This document shows positions 46,600 through 59,436 of a stretch of DNA of 64,000 nt, piece by piece. How positions within the stretch are numbered: the first letter of the stretch is position 1; the number at the start of each line of letters is the position of its first letter. The stretch is taken from contig CM059431.1 in assembly GCA_030390025.1 (NCBI GenBank), positions 125,738,001 through 125,802,000 on the forward strand. Reading direction: 5' to 3'. Both the position numbers and the translations under genes were made by a program. Origin of the DNA: Squalus acanthias. Its lineage: Eukaryota. Under the pieces are notes generated by a model, which was not told where the DNA came from, did not search any database, and saw only the letters and a list, made by a program, of their open reading frames with translations.

Positions 46600-47600
46600 A
46601 GGCACTTATTGTGATGGAGAGGATTTGGGGTTGGAAACAGGATGCCAAAGTTGCAACAGTCTGCTTCAGTCTGAGACAGTGGCCAAGCAGGAGGTTGGAG
46701 TTGGTAGTGAAGGTGTGGAGTTTGTGGTGGGAGCCCAAAGGCGATGGCTTCAGTCTTCCCAATGTTTAGTTGGAGGAAGTTACAGCCCATCCAAGAACAG
46801 AGCAGTCTGACAGCACAGAGGCAGTGAAGGGGTTGAGAGAAGTTCTGGAGAGAGTGCTGGTGTCATCAGCTTAAAATGGAAGCTGATACCATGTATCCAG
46901 ATGATGTCATGTAAATGAAGAATAGGAGCAGATCAAGGATGGATCCTTTGGGGACTCCAGGGGTGATGTGCAGGGCGGAAGGAAAACCATTGCTAGAGAT
47001 GATATGGCTATGACTGAACAGGTAAGATTGGAACCAAACAAGGGCATCCCAAGCAAGCTGGACAAAAGAGGAGAGATGTTGGAGAAAGATGGTGTGATAA
47101 CCATGCCAAAGGCTGCAGAAAAGTCAAGAAGGAGAAGGAAGGATAATGCACCATGGTTATAGCCATAGAAAGATTTTCCTTATTTTTGTTAGGCTATCTT
47201 GATGCTGTGGGAAAGGGGCAGAATTCTGACTGAGGGAATTAAAACAGGGAGTTGCAGGAAGATGGGCATGGATCTGGAAGACAACAATGCATTCAAAGTC
47301 CTTGGTGAAGAAAGGGAGACTGGAGTTAGTTAGAAGTTAGTGACAACAGTAGATTTGAGGCTATGTTTTTGAAAAGGGGAGTGATGATGCTGATTTTGAA
47401 AGGGACAGGGAGAGTGCCTGAAGAGGCAAGCCATTTATAATATCAGTTAAAATGGGAGCCAGGCATACAAGTTGTGTGGTCAGGAGCATAGTTGGAATAG
47501 GGTCAAGCAAACAGGAAATGGTTCTCATGGACGAGATGAGTGTTGAGAGGTTGGAGGGGATAGTGGAGCAGAAACTAAAGAGAGACAAGGGTAATGGGCT
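46600..47600 (-). mobile_element. Degenerate L2 LINE fragment
   Basis: NFLQLNIGKTEAIAFG and CLLDPIPTMLL...ILTDIING RT remnants. Confidence 0.7.
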
Positions 47601-47669
47601 ATTCTCAGGACAGTACTTTGTTGGCACTATTAATGGCCTTATCTCCCCCCAGACTAGCTCCGTATCTTT

Positions 47670-48514
47670 GGGCTGGATTTTGTCAATGGGAAGCTTTTGG
47701 AGGCGGGACTGCTGCTTGCCAGCTTTCAATCCCGCCTCCATCAGCTTCTGGCCAACCAGTGGGATTTTCCCCTGATTGACCTTGTTAAGCCCGCCCAGCG
47801 GGCTCAGCAGGCCAATTAGGGGGAAGTCAGTGCCAGAGCACGTCAACGTCTGATGTGCCATCTGTCAAGATTTCTTGAAAGAAGAAATGTTAGCATTTGA
47901 TAGATCTGTGAAGCTGTCAAACATTGACATTCTGCGTAGTTTGATGAGTCCTTGTGTTCAGGACTCATCAAACCTTTGAACTTTGCAGAAATCACCTGGA
48001 TGTTGGTTCGGAGGATCCAACAACCAGACTATGAAATCTACAATGAAGATGTCGGGACTCCGGCTCCACAGCGGCTGAAGGCTGTAGGCAGAAACAAAGG
48101 TAAGTGAACATTTTAGAACACTTAACACTCACCTTTCATTCTTACCACTCCACACGTGCACCCATCACTCACCTCTACATCTCACTTTCAGACCCCTCCG
48201 ACTCCCGCAGACCTCCTTCTTGTCTCCTGCACCCTGGCGGGGTTCTCCGAGGTCGGGAAGCCTGCACTTCGGAGCTAAAAATAGGGATAATCCTTTTTTC
48301 TGCCTGTTAACTATCTGTTAACAGGCAGTTAATAGGATTTAATCCCTTTCCCGCCTCAAGGAGACGGGACCCTGGCCAGGACGGCTTCCTGCCTCCTGGC
48401 AAGAGGGCACGGAGGCGGGATGGGGGCGGGTTTGCCAGCCGCCCCCAAATCCTGCAACTTTACCGGCAGTCCCGCCCCCATACCCACCTCCTCGGGGCTG
48501 ACAAAATCCAGCCC
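47670..48514. mobile_element. MITE with perfect 16-bp TIRs
   Basis: GGGCTGGATTTTGTCA / TGACAAAATCCAGCCC, TSD TTT. Confidence 0.8.
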
Positions 48515-48629
48515 TTTGTGTCTCTCTCTAATTTTAGCTTAACAGGCAGGGAAAGGGGGAAAGCAGCAAAGATATCTGAATGGATAGTCTCAATCTTAGT
48601 GCTGAAGAAATCCAGGAGTTCCACAAGTT

Positions 48630-50600
48630 ACATAACTACACAGAATCTACAGTACAGAAACTGCCGCCATTTACATAAATGATTTGGACTCAGAAAATGG
48701 AGGTATGGTGTCAAAATCTGTAGTTTTGGCCCAACTGGTCTATGCCAGTGTTAATACTACACATAAGCATCCTCCTACTCTATTACCCCTACCTACCCTC
48801 CCACTGTATCCCGCTATTCTCTTCTACTTCATGTATGAATCAAGCCTTTCCTTAATGCAGCAATGCTCTCTGCTTCAACCATTCTGTATGGCAGCGAGTT
48901 CCACATTCTCACTTCTCTTTGTGTAAAGAAATTCTCTGTAAATTATTTATTTGATCTGTTAGTGGCTATCTTATATTTATGCCCATTTGTTCTGGACTCA
49001 ATAACAAGTGGGAACTATTTTTCCAACTCGAACCTATCGAACCCTTTCATAATTTTAAGACCTCTAGCAGTTCTCCTTAGACTTTCCTTTTCCAGAGAAA
49101 AGTGCCCCAGCATACTCAATCTTTCCTGATAGTTGCTTCCTCACAATTCTGGTAAAGCCCTTGTAAATATTTTCAGCACTTTCTCCAGTGCTTCAAGATC
49201 CTTTTTGTAGTATGGAGACCAGACCTGCACACAGTACTTCAAATGTGGTCTAACCAAGATTTTATACAAACGTAACATTACCTCCCTCCTTTTGTATTCT
49301 ATTGCTCCAGAAATGAACTCCAGTACTTTGCAATCCAGATGTCTTTGCTCCTCTAACCCATTTAATTTCTTACCTTCCAAGGAATAAGTGGCCTGCTTAC
49401 TCCTCCTACCAAAATGAACCACCTCACACTTTGCTCTATTGAATTACATTTGATATTAATCCGCCCACTTGCAAGTCTGTTTATAGCTTCCTGTATTTTG
49501 ATGCAGTTTTCCTCATTTTTAGCTATATCCCCGAATTTGGTATAATCTGCAAATTTGAACATAATGGGCCAGAAATTCGGCTCTCCGGCTTCCCGCGGGT
49601 GCAAGGATCGCGCGCGTATTTACCTACCGCGCGTGGCGTTGTGCTTCGGGCCCGCGTGGAATTCGGCTCCTGGGCCTCCTGCAGCTGCCGGCGCGCAGTG
49701 CTTGCGTATCCCAGGGGCGCAGTTAGTTCGAAGCGTCCCCTGGGATCACGTGGGCCATGGGGAGCAGGGAATCTCCATTCATAGATTTTGGCAGGAAGAC
49801 CTGTCAAATCTATGAATAGAGATCGGCCCCAAAACCTCACTTAAAACTTCAAATAAGTAAAAAAAAAAATCACATTTTTAAAATAACTATAAATTACATA
49901 AATTAACTACTTCAAACAAAAATTTAAATTTTTGAAAAAATTAATTACACCTTTTAACGGTGCTAAAAATAAACTTACCTTTCTTTAAAGTATGTAAAAA
50001 AGATAAACCTGTTGAAAAAATGTTTAAATTGTAATTAATTCACCACTTACCTTGTTAAAAGCAGGCCTTGCGTCTCCTTTTTATCCGCGCAGCTTCTCCG
50101 TACTTACACTCACTCCAAAACCTGTAAAAAAAAATGGAAGATCGCTGCGTGCGCGCTGCCTCTCCGGCATACACGGTTGACCCTCGAACCTCTTCTTTCA
50201 CGAGACCGGAAGTTCCGGTTTCCCGTACAGGCGCAGTGCATGCGCGAAACCGGCACTTCCGGTGGCCCTAAGGGTGAGTACACAGCGCGTACTCACCCGT
50301 GGAGACCCAAATTTCTGCCCCAATAACTTCAATTTCTGAGTCCAAATTATTTATGTATATGGTGGACAACAGTGGTCCCAGCACCGATCCCTGTGGGACA
50401 GCACTTCCCACTTTCTGCCAGTCTGAGAAGCATCCCTTAACTCCTACTCTGTTTACTGTTTTGTGGTCATCCTTCAATCTATTCTGCTACCTGACCCCTG
50501 ACTCTACCCACCCTAACCTTTGTCATGAGTCTCTGAAGTGGTACCCAATCAAAGGCCTTCTGAAAGTCCTTTTATACCACATTCCACTGCATTGCCCTTG
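48630..50600 (-). mobile_element. Older CR1 LINE fragment interrupted by a MITE
   Basis: VPQGSVLGPLL..IYINNLD / KFADYTK / LYKILVRPHLKYCVQVWSP. Confidence 0.82.
49566..50321. mobile_element. MITE (Harbinger-type)
   Basis: TIRs GGGCCAGAAATT / AATTTCTGCCCC, TSD AAT; removing it restores the CR1 reading NNLDSEIEVIMFKFAD. Confidence 0.8.
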
Positions 50601-50859
50601 CCTACTCTTTCAATAAATTGCATTCCTATTCCTCTCCGTACCGAATGATCTGACCTCCTGCTGCCAGGATTCTCACCCTTGTCTGACCAGCATTATTTAG
50701 TTTAGCTGACCCCGAGATTTCTGATGCAGTCAGCCCCCTCCGATTTGGGTGAGCATAGGTCCCGCCCCGCCGCACTTACGTCACTGCTTTGGAAATCCAA
50801 AAATTTCCCGGCCTTTCTGTTTACAGCTTTTCAACTTGGAATGCTTGGGAACACACTGA

Positions 50860-51200
50860 ACTTTAATCAGAAAGTTTTGGGTTCAAGCTCCATACCAGAA
50901 CTTGAGCACAGAGCCTGGGTTGACACTGAGGCAGTGCTGCATTGTCAGAAGCGCTGCCTGTTTGTTCCAGTAGTTTAAGTGGACGGTAACGATTCCACAG
51001 CCCGATATGAAAAAGAGAAGAGTTCTCCTCGTGTCCCAGCCAACAATCCAACCTCAACCTAAACAGGACATTCATTTCATTGCTGTTTGTGGGACCTTGC
51101 TTTCTGCAAAATGTCTGTCGACACTACAATCGTTGCACAACCATCTTATCCATTGTATATGAATCATTTTGAGACATTTCTGAAAGATATGTGCAAATCT
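50860..51200 (+). repeat. tRNA-derived Deu-type SINE remnant
   Basis: B-box-like GGGTTCAAGCTCC followed by GTGCTGCATTGTCAGA and TGCTGTTTGTGGGACCTTGC. Confidence 0.55.
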
Positions 51201-51816
51201 TTCTTTCTTTTGCATGCCATGATTCGAATCCTCCTGACATTACAACGGCTTGATGCTTTCCTGAACCAGAAGATGAGATACAAATTGTTCATATGATGGA
51301 GTATACAAAAATGGAAGAAATACACAAAAAGAAACTAAGGTTTTTGAACCATCTTCATTGAACTTAATAAAAAAACTATTGAGGATGATAAGCATTTTCA
51401 TCTGCTTATAGAATGACACCATACATTATTACAATGTGTGCTGATAATAGTTAAAACTGCAAAATATGAAGTTGAGCCTGTCAATCCCTTTCATTGCAGC
51501 TTTATTCTAATTAGATGTCTTGTTTTTCAGCTGAAGGAAACATTGATATGCCAGCAGAATTTCTTTGTGTCAATTATGATGGAGAATGATGAACTAGATT
51601 CTTTTTCAAAACTGGTTACAAATCTGCCCACACAGCCTCTCTGGTTGCACCTTGTCCCCGCTCGCCCTCCACCCACCCATAGCATTTTAGTGTTGCAGCA
51701 AGCAAATATTACATCTAACATGCTGTAATTTGTTCTGTATCTACTCACTATTAATGCATAATAACAGCCATACCTATCACAGTTTAGCTCACCAGAGTTA
51801 GTTATACCAGCTTTTT

Positions 51817-54405
51817 ATAGAAACATAGAAACATAGAAGATAGGAACAGGAGTAGGTCATTCGGCCCCTCGAGCCTGCTCCACCATTTAATGAGATCAGT
51901 GGCTGATCATTCAAATTCAGTACCCCTGTCCCTGCTTTCTCCCCATTTCCCTTGATCCCTTTAGCCTGAAGAAATATATCTAACTCCTGCTTGAATATAT
52001 TTAATGAATTGGCCTCAACTGCCTTCTGTGGTCGAGAATTCCACAGGTTCACCACTCTCTGGGTGAAGAAATTCCTCCTCATCTCAGTCCTAAATGGCTT
52101 AACCCTTATCCTTAGACTGTGACCCCTGGTTCTGGACTCCCCCGCCATCGGGAACATCCTTCCTGCATCTAGTCTGTCTAGTCCTGTTAGAATTTTATAC
52201 GTTTCAATGAGATCCCCTCTCATTCTTCTAAACTCTAGCGAATAAAAGCCCAATCATCCCAATCTCTCTTCATACGTCATTCCTGCCATCCCAGGTATCA
52301 GTCTGGTGAATCTTCGCTGCACTCCCTCCATGGCAAGAACATCCTTCCTCAGATAAGGCAACCAAAACTGCACACAGTACTCAAGGTGTGGTCTCACCAA
52401 GGCCCTGTACAACTGCAGCAAGACATCCTTGCTCCTGTACTCAAGTCCTCTCGCTATGAAGGCCAACATACCATTTGCCTTCTTAACTGCCTGCTGCACC
52501 TGCATGCTTACCTTCAACGAGTGGTGCACAAGGACTCCCAGGTCTCGTTGCACTTCCCCTTTTCCCAATCTATTGCCGTTCAGATAATAATCTGCCTTCC
52601 TGTTTTTGCCACCAAAGTGGATAACCTCACATTTATCCACATTATACTGCATCTACCATGCATCTGCCCAATCACCCAACCTGTCCAAATCATACTGGAG
52701 TTTCTCTGCATCCTCCTCACAGCACACACGCCCACCCAGCTTTGTGTCATCTGCAAACTTAGAGATATTACATCTAATTCCCACGTCTAGATCATTAATA
52801 TATATTGTGAATAGCTGGGGTCCTAGCACCGATCCCTGCGGTACCCCACTAGTCACTGCCTGCCACTCAGAAAAAGACCCATTTATTCCAACTCTTTGCT
52901 TCCTGTCTGCCAACCAGGTGCATGCCAGAAGGAGAGTAACATATGAGGATACCAGCATCTTGTATCCTTTCAGCCCCGCCACTAGCCAAGGGCTCAGCCT
53001 GCCACTCGGAAAAAGACCCATTTATTCCAACTCTTTGCTTCCTGTCTGCCAACCAGTTCTCTATCCAAGTCAGTACCTTACCCCCAATCCCATGTGCTTT
53101 AACTTTGCATGCTAATCTCTTATGTGGGACCTTATCGAAAGCCTTCTGAAAGTCCAAATACACCACATCCACTGGTTCTCCCTTATCTATTCTACCAGTT
53201 ACATCCTCAAAAAATTCCATAGATTAGTCAAGCATGATTTACCTTTTGTAAATCCATGTTGACTTTGTCCAATCCTGTCACTGTTTTCCAAGTGCTCTGT
53301 TATTACATCTTTTATAATGGACTCTAGCATTTTCCCCACTACCGATGCCAGGCTTACGGGTATATAATTCCCCGTTTTCTCTCTCCCACCTTTTTTAAAC
53401 AGTGGGGTTACAATAGCTACCCTCCAATCCATGGGAACTGTTCCAGATTCGATAGAATTTTGGAAGATGACCAGCAATGCATCTACTATTTCTAGGGCCA
53501 CTTCCTTAAGTACCATAGGATGTAGATTATCAGGCCCTGGGGATTTATCGGCCTTCAATCCCATCAATTTCCCTAACACCATTTCCCTACAAATACTGAT
53601 TTTATTCAGTTCCTCCCTTTCATTTGACCTCATGTTCCCCGACATCTCTGGGAGGTTATTTGTGTCCTCCTTTGTGAAGACAGAACCAAAGTATGTATTT
53701 AATTGGTCTGACATTTCTTTGTTCCCCATTATAAATTCCCCTGATTCTGACTGCAAGGGACCTACGCTTGACTTCACCAGTCTTTTTCTCTTCACATATC
53801 TATAGAAGCTTTTACAGTCAGTTTTTATGTTCCCTGCAAGCTTACTCTCATACTCTATTTCCCCCCTCTTAATTAATCCCTTTGTCCTCCTTTGCTCAAT
53901 CCTAAACTGCTCCCAATCCTCAGGTTTGCTGCTTTTTCTGGCCAATTTATATGTCCTCTCCTTGGATCTTATGCTATCCCTAATTTCCCTTGTTAGCCAC
54001 GGTTGAGTCACCTTTTTTGTGTTATTTTTATGCCAAACAGGGATGAACAAATTCTGTCGTTCATCCATGCGATCTTTAAATGTTTGCCATTGCCTATCCA
54101 CCGTCAACCCTTTAAGTAACATTCCCCAATCCATCCTAGCCAATTCGTGCCTCATACCATCGTAGTTTCCTTTATTTAAATTCAGGACCCTAGTCTCTGA
54201 GTCAACTACTTCACTCTCCATCTTAATGAAGAATTCTATCATATTATGATCGCTCCTCCCCAAGCAGCCTCGCACAACAAGATTGCTAATTAATCCTTTC
54301 TCATTACATAATACCCAGTCTAAATGGCCTGATCTCTAGTTGGTTCCTCGACATATTGGTCCAGGAAACCATCCCGTATACACTCTAGGAATTCCTCCTC
54401 CACAG
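51817..54405 (-). mobile_element. CR1 LINE ORF2 region (resumes at 62933-63050 beyond the ERV)
   Basis: LGRSDHN endonuclease end, KSPGPD, YLDFQKAFDKV, GVPQGSVLGP, KFADD; 3' (ATAGAAAC)n tail. Confidence 0.93.
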
Positions 54406-54761
54406 TGTAAGGGGGCGTGTCTCAGACGGTGCTGGTGCGAGGTTAGGCCTTCGTTGCCTAATACTATTGCTTGCTCTGGTCTCCGGCCAGCCTTATTGCA
54501 ATAAGCACCTGTGAGTGGTTCGACCCACTCGCCCTTACGGTTCTAACACTGGACTTAGGTGCAGGGAGCAGTAATGCAGAGAAAAACTCAAATAGACCTG
54601 GTTGAATAGTACGAAATGGAAATCTTTATTGCATGGCATCGAAAATCATGAAATACATGTCATAGGCGCAAATCAATGATAGTACAAGTATACATGCATT
54701 CATAAAGCTTGGTCTGTGGAAATGGAGAACACACGGCACATCGTAGAAAGGGGAACACATT

Positions 54762-55653
54762 AGGGGAAAAATTCAGTCGCGCCCCGTTCGGGGCGCAAAT
54801 ATCATCCGGGCGCAAAAATTAGCGCCTGGCGCTAATTATCGCCACTGACTGGAAACGTCACTTTTAACGCCCCGGGAGGTGATTGGAGCGCTAAATCAGG
54901 CGCTTCACACCTGTCTTAAGGCGCAAAGGCCGAGGAGCGAGGCGCTAACTCAGAGCGCTGGCGAAGCTCATGTAATGTCAGTCAGCAATGGAACACACAC
55001 ACAATGGCACAGGCCAGTTCTTAAAGGGGATGGTTAATCTTGCTTTCCATCCACATCCTGTTCATTGCAGCCTTGAATCTCGGCCTGGAGAGACTTGCAC
55101 ATCAAATCTGCTGGAAAGAACAATGGAGAGTACCAGGCAAAGAGCTCAGAGTGCAGCCCCCACAGTCTCTGCTAAATTGATACAAGGAATGGCAAATCAA
55201 AATGAACCTGCAAAGTGCTGCTCAGTACCCAAAACTCCTTCACACAACGTTGAATCTCTCCAGAAGTCTCTCCCTCTCTCTCTCAGAATGCGTAGTTCAA
55301 AAATGGCACCAACAATAAAAGGCAGGAAGCGGTCACCTTTAAATAGCGCTCCCCCTTTCCCTTCATGACTGCAGAATGCTCCCCTCAACCTGTCGTTGCT
55401 AGCGTCAGGCGGTAAGGCAGGGGCGCCACTCAATATCCGCTCCAGGGCGATACCGGGGCGTTGCACACTCGAATGACGTGATGATCTGCCGGTGCAGGAG
55501 ATCGTGGCGGTAGTGTTTAGCGCCGCCGCAAAATGTCTAGTTAATTTCGCGAGCGGCACAAACATCTCCGCGCCCGGGCGCTGGATGCTTTGCGCCCCAT
55601 TAGCGCCCTCTTAAGGCGCTAACGGGAGGCGCAACCAACTGAATTTTTCCCCC
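54762..55653. mobile_element. Harbinger-derived MITE inserted in the 3' LTR
   Basis: TIRs (A/G)GGGGAAAAATTCAGT, TSD ATT; absent from the sister LTR (GAACACATTATATC near 61590). Confidence 0.88.
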
Positions 55654-57307
55654 ATTATATCTTAACCTTATTAAAACACCCTCCCTTAATAATACCTACA
55701 CTACGTCTAGATTTGTAGGATCGTAAAACATGCTCACCACTCGTTTAATTTCGGAGATTTTAAAGTGAGGCACTCGGCTCGTTTCACTGCAGCACCTGAC
55801 TGTCACGTGTTTGGAAGGGTCTCTGCACCCCACTTGTTTACTTTCGCTGCTGTCATGAAAAGTCGATGGACCCAAACCGGATCGTGCAGTAACCCGTAGA
55901 ATTCAAAGATGAGTTCTGTATTTATATTTTCGGGCGCGGTCGGGGTTTACTGACCGTGGCGGCACGTGGAATTTCTTCTCGTCTTCTTCTCGTCTTCTTC
56001 TCGTCTCGTCTCCTCAGGCCTCCGGGTCCAGACACCATTTACCGACACTCGGGATGGTGTACCCTTTTACTTGCCCTTGTCGGGGCGGCTCGTACCGATT
56101 GAGCTCCACCCAACACTCGAATAACCGACCAGTACGGCTAAGAGTCAAGAGTCAACAAAGTCCAGAGAGAAAATCAAGAGCCCACAAGTCAAGCGAGTTC
56201 ATGAAGAGGCAAGCGAATAAGAGTTCAGCAGTCAGCATCGAGATAAGAGCCAGCTGGGAGAATAAGAGACCGATGGACATTTGTTCTCTATAGTTATAGT
56301 GATGTGTCCCCTTATCTCCCACTCAAATCTTAATGTTTGCCCTTTGTGTAATATTGGCGCTCAAAACTCCCAGCTTGGGGCGGTTATCTTCCTTAACGGG
56401 TTTCGGTAGCACCTGAAACAGGCCAACTATCCGTTAATGTTTTCCCCATTGTTGAACCAGCCAGGATGTGTATGAATTGTCTCCCTGACTGGTTTTGGGC
56501 CCCCCCCCCCAATACTTGCTTAATCACCCGTCGATGTCTCTCTCATTGTAGAGCCGGGGGGGTATTTGTGTATTGATGTGTCTGGATGGGCCTTCGATTG
56601 CCCAGTACAATGGTCCTTACTGTGCATAGGAAAACGATTCCAGCACTTATATCTTTGCTATTGTTCCAAATGCAAACAGGTTGCATCCTGTCTTTATCAG
56701 TGTTTACCGAGTATGATCCAATCTTATACTGAATGTATATTCGACGCCATCTTGTCTGCCCACTGTGTTTCTGGAAGCTTCTGCCACGATGCGCGGTGGC
56801 CATTTTACAGGCTTCTGTGTCCTTTATTATCAGGACAGCATTTCGTTTAATAAAACTGATCAAACGAATCTGCTTTTATCTTGTTATTTTTGAATCGCGA
56901 TAATTGCGAAACTTTACAGTCCCTCCTGTTGATGCGAATAACTCCGCTTATCGTATCAATTAAAATGCTGGTGAGCAAAATTATCCCGATTCTCCACATC
57001 CAAACACTCCGGTAATTAAACTATCTATGGCCTCCATGCAGTCCTCATTTCCCAGAGAAAATACATTGTCTAACTTGGACAAATCGTAGGCAGCATTGCC
57101 TTTAAACTTACACTGCGTATACGCCTTCCAGGTGCAAAAGGCCGATGTCTCTCGCACCACCTGTATATGCATGTTTTATTATAAAAGGAAAATAATCAAA
57201 CCAACTATTTTAAAAATACAAAAATTCCAAACTTAGTTACACATACTCATAACTAACAACAATTACAAAACACACATGGAAAAATGGAGCGGCGTCATCC
57301 TGGCTGT

Positions 57308-58125
57308 TTACGCGGTACTTTCCTCGTTCACGCGCACGTAACGTTCTCTCCACTCCCCTGTGTTCTCCTGCCTTGTGAGGCGTTTGCCTCTTTTGCAGTG
57401 TACAACCAATAGGTACACTACAATCACAACTTGACACACTACCAAAATGTGGGAGGCTATCCTGATCCAAGACGGAACTTCAATATTAGTGAACAGATCC
57501 CACCACGGTGGGATTACTATGTCCAATATCTCTGTCCCTATCTCTACAGTCTTTTGTTCCAGAGTGTAAAAATGTTTCTGTGATACCATGACAGCTTTTA
57601 AAATCTTGGTGAGGTGTTCAGGGAGAGGGGGAATGATGTACCCGAAATGCACGATGAATCGCTGCAAGTCTGTGAAATTCTCTTTTACTGTGAGGTGAAC
57701 AGTGGATGGTTCAGGGATCGGGACAATTCACTGTTGTGCCACTTGAACTTCAGCCCTGGATTTAAAACAGAAACTGCTGTCACTCACCGGACACTGGCTG
57801 TGCTGTCCATGCTGGTAGTGTTGCGCTGCGGTGGTAATGCAATACGTTCCACCCCCTATGTATGCCACCTGTGGGGGCACATGATCTTGTGCCATTGCTT
57901 CCATGGTGCAATTCATGGGCTTCGCGCCAGCCGTTCTGAACCCGCATTGTGGTGTTAAAAAGGCATTCAAGTGCTGAGGACACAGGATGATGTGTGCTCC
58001 CCGGTCCCATCTGTCGCGATGGGGGCCGTGTCCCCGGAGCAACCGAACACAACAACATCCTTGGTGAGGCCCCGATAGGCCAATCCATATCCGATCGTTG
58101 CGAGCACTATCAGAATTGTTTCCAT
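57308..58125 (-). pseudogene. env: env remnant (signal peptide joined out of frame to the C-terminal third)
   Basis: METILIVLATIGYGLAY...APIATDGTG joined to GAHIILCPQH near 58000; additional stop at 57728. Confidence 0.88.
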
Positions 58126-58356
58126 ATCTCCTGGTTCCTGTGATCAGATAAAATGATGTAGCCAGCCTCCCAAGAGTCTCTGGCTTTTGTGAAGGGTGAG
58201 CGGGTCCCTTGACCTCGTCTCACGTATAAAGACATGTATGCTGGATAGACTTTAACTATTCCTATCACTAACTCCCATCATTTTACCATTTACTTTTAAA
58301 ATTAAACTACAAAGTTACCAAACTTAAGAAACTATAAACTTAAACTTATCCTAAAC

Positions 58357-59436
58357 TTAGCTGTACAGCGCCGCCCGTTCCCAGGGCGGCCTACCTAAAT
58401 TCTGCGAAGGCTGCCACGAGCTTTTCCCAGTGGCGGGGGGGGCACTGACCCCTTCCTTTGATCTGCCGCAGCCTGTCGTCGCTGCGCTGGGACTGGGATC
58501 TCCCTGGGCTGCCTTGAACTTACGCTTGGGGGTGTACGAGGGATTTGGCCACAACTTCCTGGGCTGGGGTGTCCGACTCGACCTACGGAGGGCTACCTTG
58601 GGCAAGATTTCCAGGACCGAAGGACCGGGAACCGAGACTTCCACCGTCACGGCCTGTGGTCCCACCACAGCCGCCGGCTCTGTCTCCCCTGGCTCCGCCC
58701 CCCTGGGCTCGGGATCTGCGGTTTCCGACTCCACCCTACTTGTCACTTCAGTATGTGGAACTCCACTCGCAATCCCTATCTCCCCTATGCTTGGGTCGGG
58801 GGCGGAACCTCCGTCCTCCGACCCCACCACCTCTCCGACCGGGTCACTACCTTGGTCGAGCTCTCCGAGCTCTTCCTCATCTGAATCCCAAGACCAAGAA
58901 AAGATCCTACACTTTTCCAGAATGTCCTCTCCCCTCACGCAAGCTGCTTTACCGGCCTGTGTGCCCTGCGGTTCTACCCGGGGCTGAGAGTCCCCACTCA
59001 CAGGTTTGGCCCCTCCCCTAAGACAGGCCACCGCCCCTGCTCGTGCATTCTGTGTCATCTCGCCTGCTGGAGGCTGAAGATTTCTATTCTGTTTTATTTT
59101 GGGCAACTCTGCTACCATGGCTTGCAACTGCGGGGTGGTGAATTCCCCCGGGGTTGTTGAGCAAACCATCCCTCTGGCTTTGGATAGGGCTTGGGTCAGA
59201 CCTTTTATCCTTTCCTCACAGGGCCCATGGTTTAAATCCTCATACTCCCGGCTCCTGGCTACCCTGTAGGCTGCCTTTATGTCTCTAAGCTGCCCTTCTA
59301 GCCCATCTATTTTCCCCATTAAGCGGGCGTTCTCCTCCCGCAAGGTCTGCTCTTTTAATCTGGCCTCCTTACAGGAGGCCCCCTCCTGTGCGTGTCTTTC
59401 AAGGGGACACAGGTAGGCAGGCTGCGCCGGTTCCAG
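58357..59436 (-). CDS. Chimeric readthrough-frame ORF: pre-protease stub, divergent Gag-like segment, Pol C-terminal tail
   Basis: Open for 360 codons (including the stop) in frame with the gag stop; see findings. Confidence 0.7.
   Translation of the reverse strand: MEPAQPAYLCPLERHAQEGASCKEARLKEQTLREENARLMGKIDGLEGQLRDIKAAYRVARSREYEDLNHGPCEERIKGLTQALSKARGMVCSTTPGEFTTPQLQAMVAELPKIKQNRNLQPPAGEMTQNARAGAVACLRGGAKPVSGDSQPRVEPQGTQAGKAACVRGEDILEKCRIFSWSWDSDEEELGELDQGSDPVGEVVGSEDGGSAPDPSIGEIGIASGVPHTEVTSRVESETADPEPRGAEPGETEPAAVVGPQAVTVEVSVPGPSVLEILPKVALRRSSRTPQPRKLWPNPSYTPKRKFKAAQGDPSPSAATTGCGRSKEGVSAPPATGKSSWQPSQNLGRPPWERAALYS

Noticed and set aside
51230..51600. Possible host exons (FPEPEDEIQIVHMMEY...; acceptor TTGTTTTTCAG then EGNIDMPAEFLCVNYDGE*)
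   Set aside because: Short, no recognisable protein and no consistent exon chain; needs RNA-seq.
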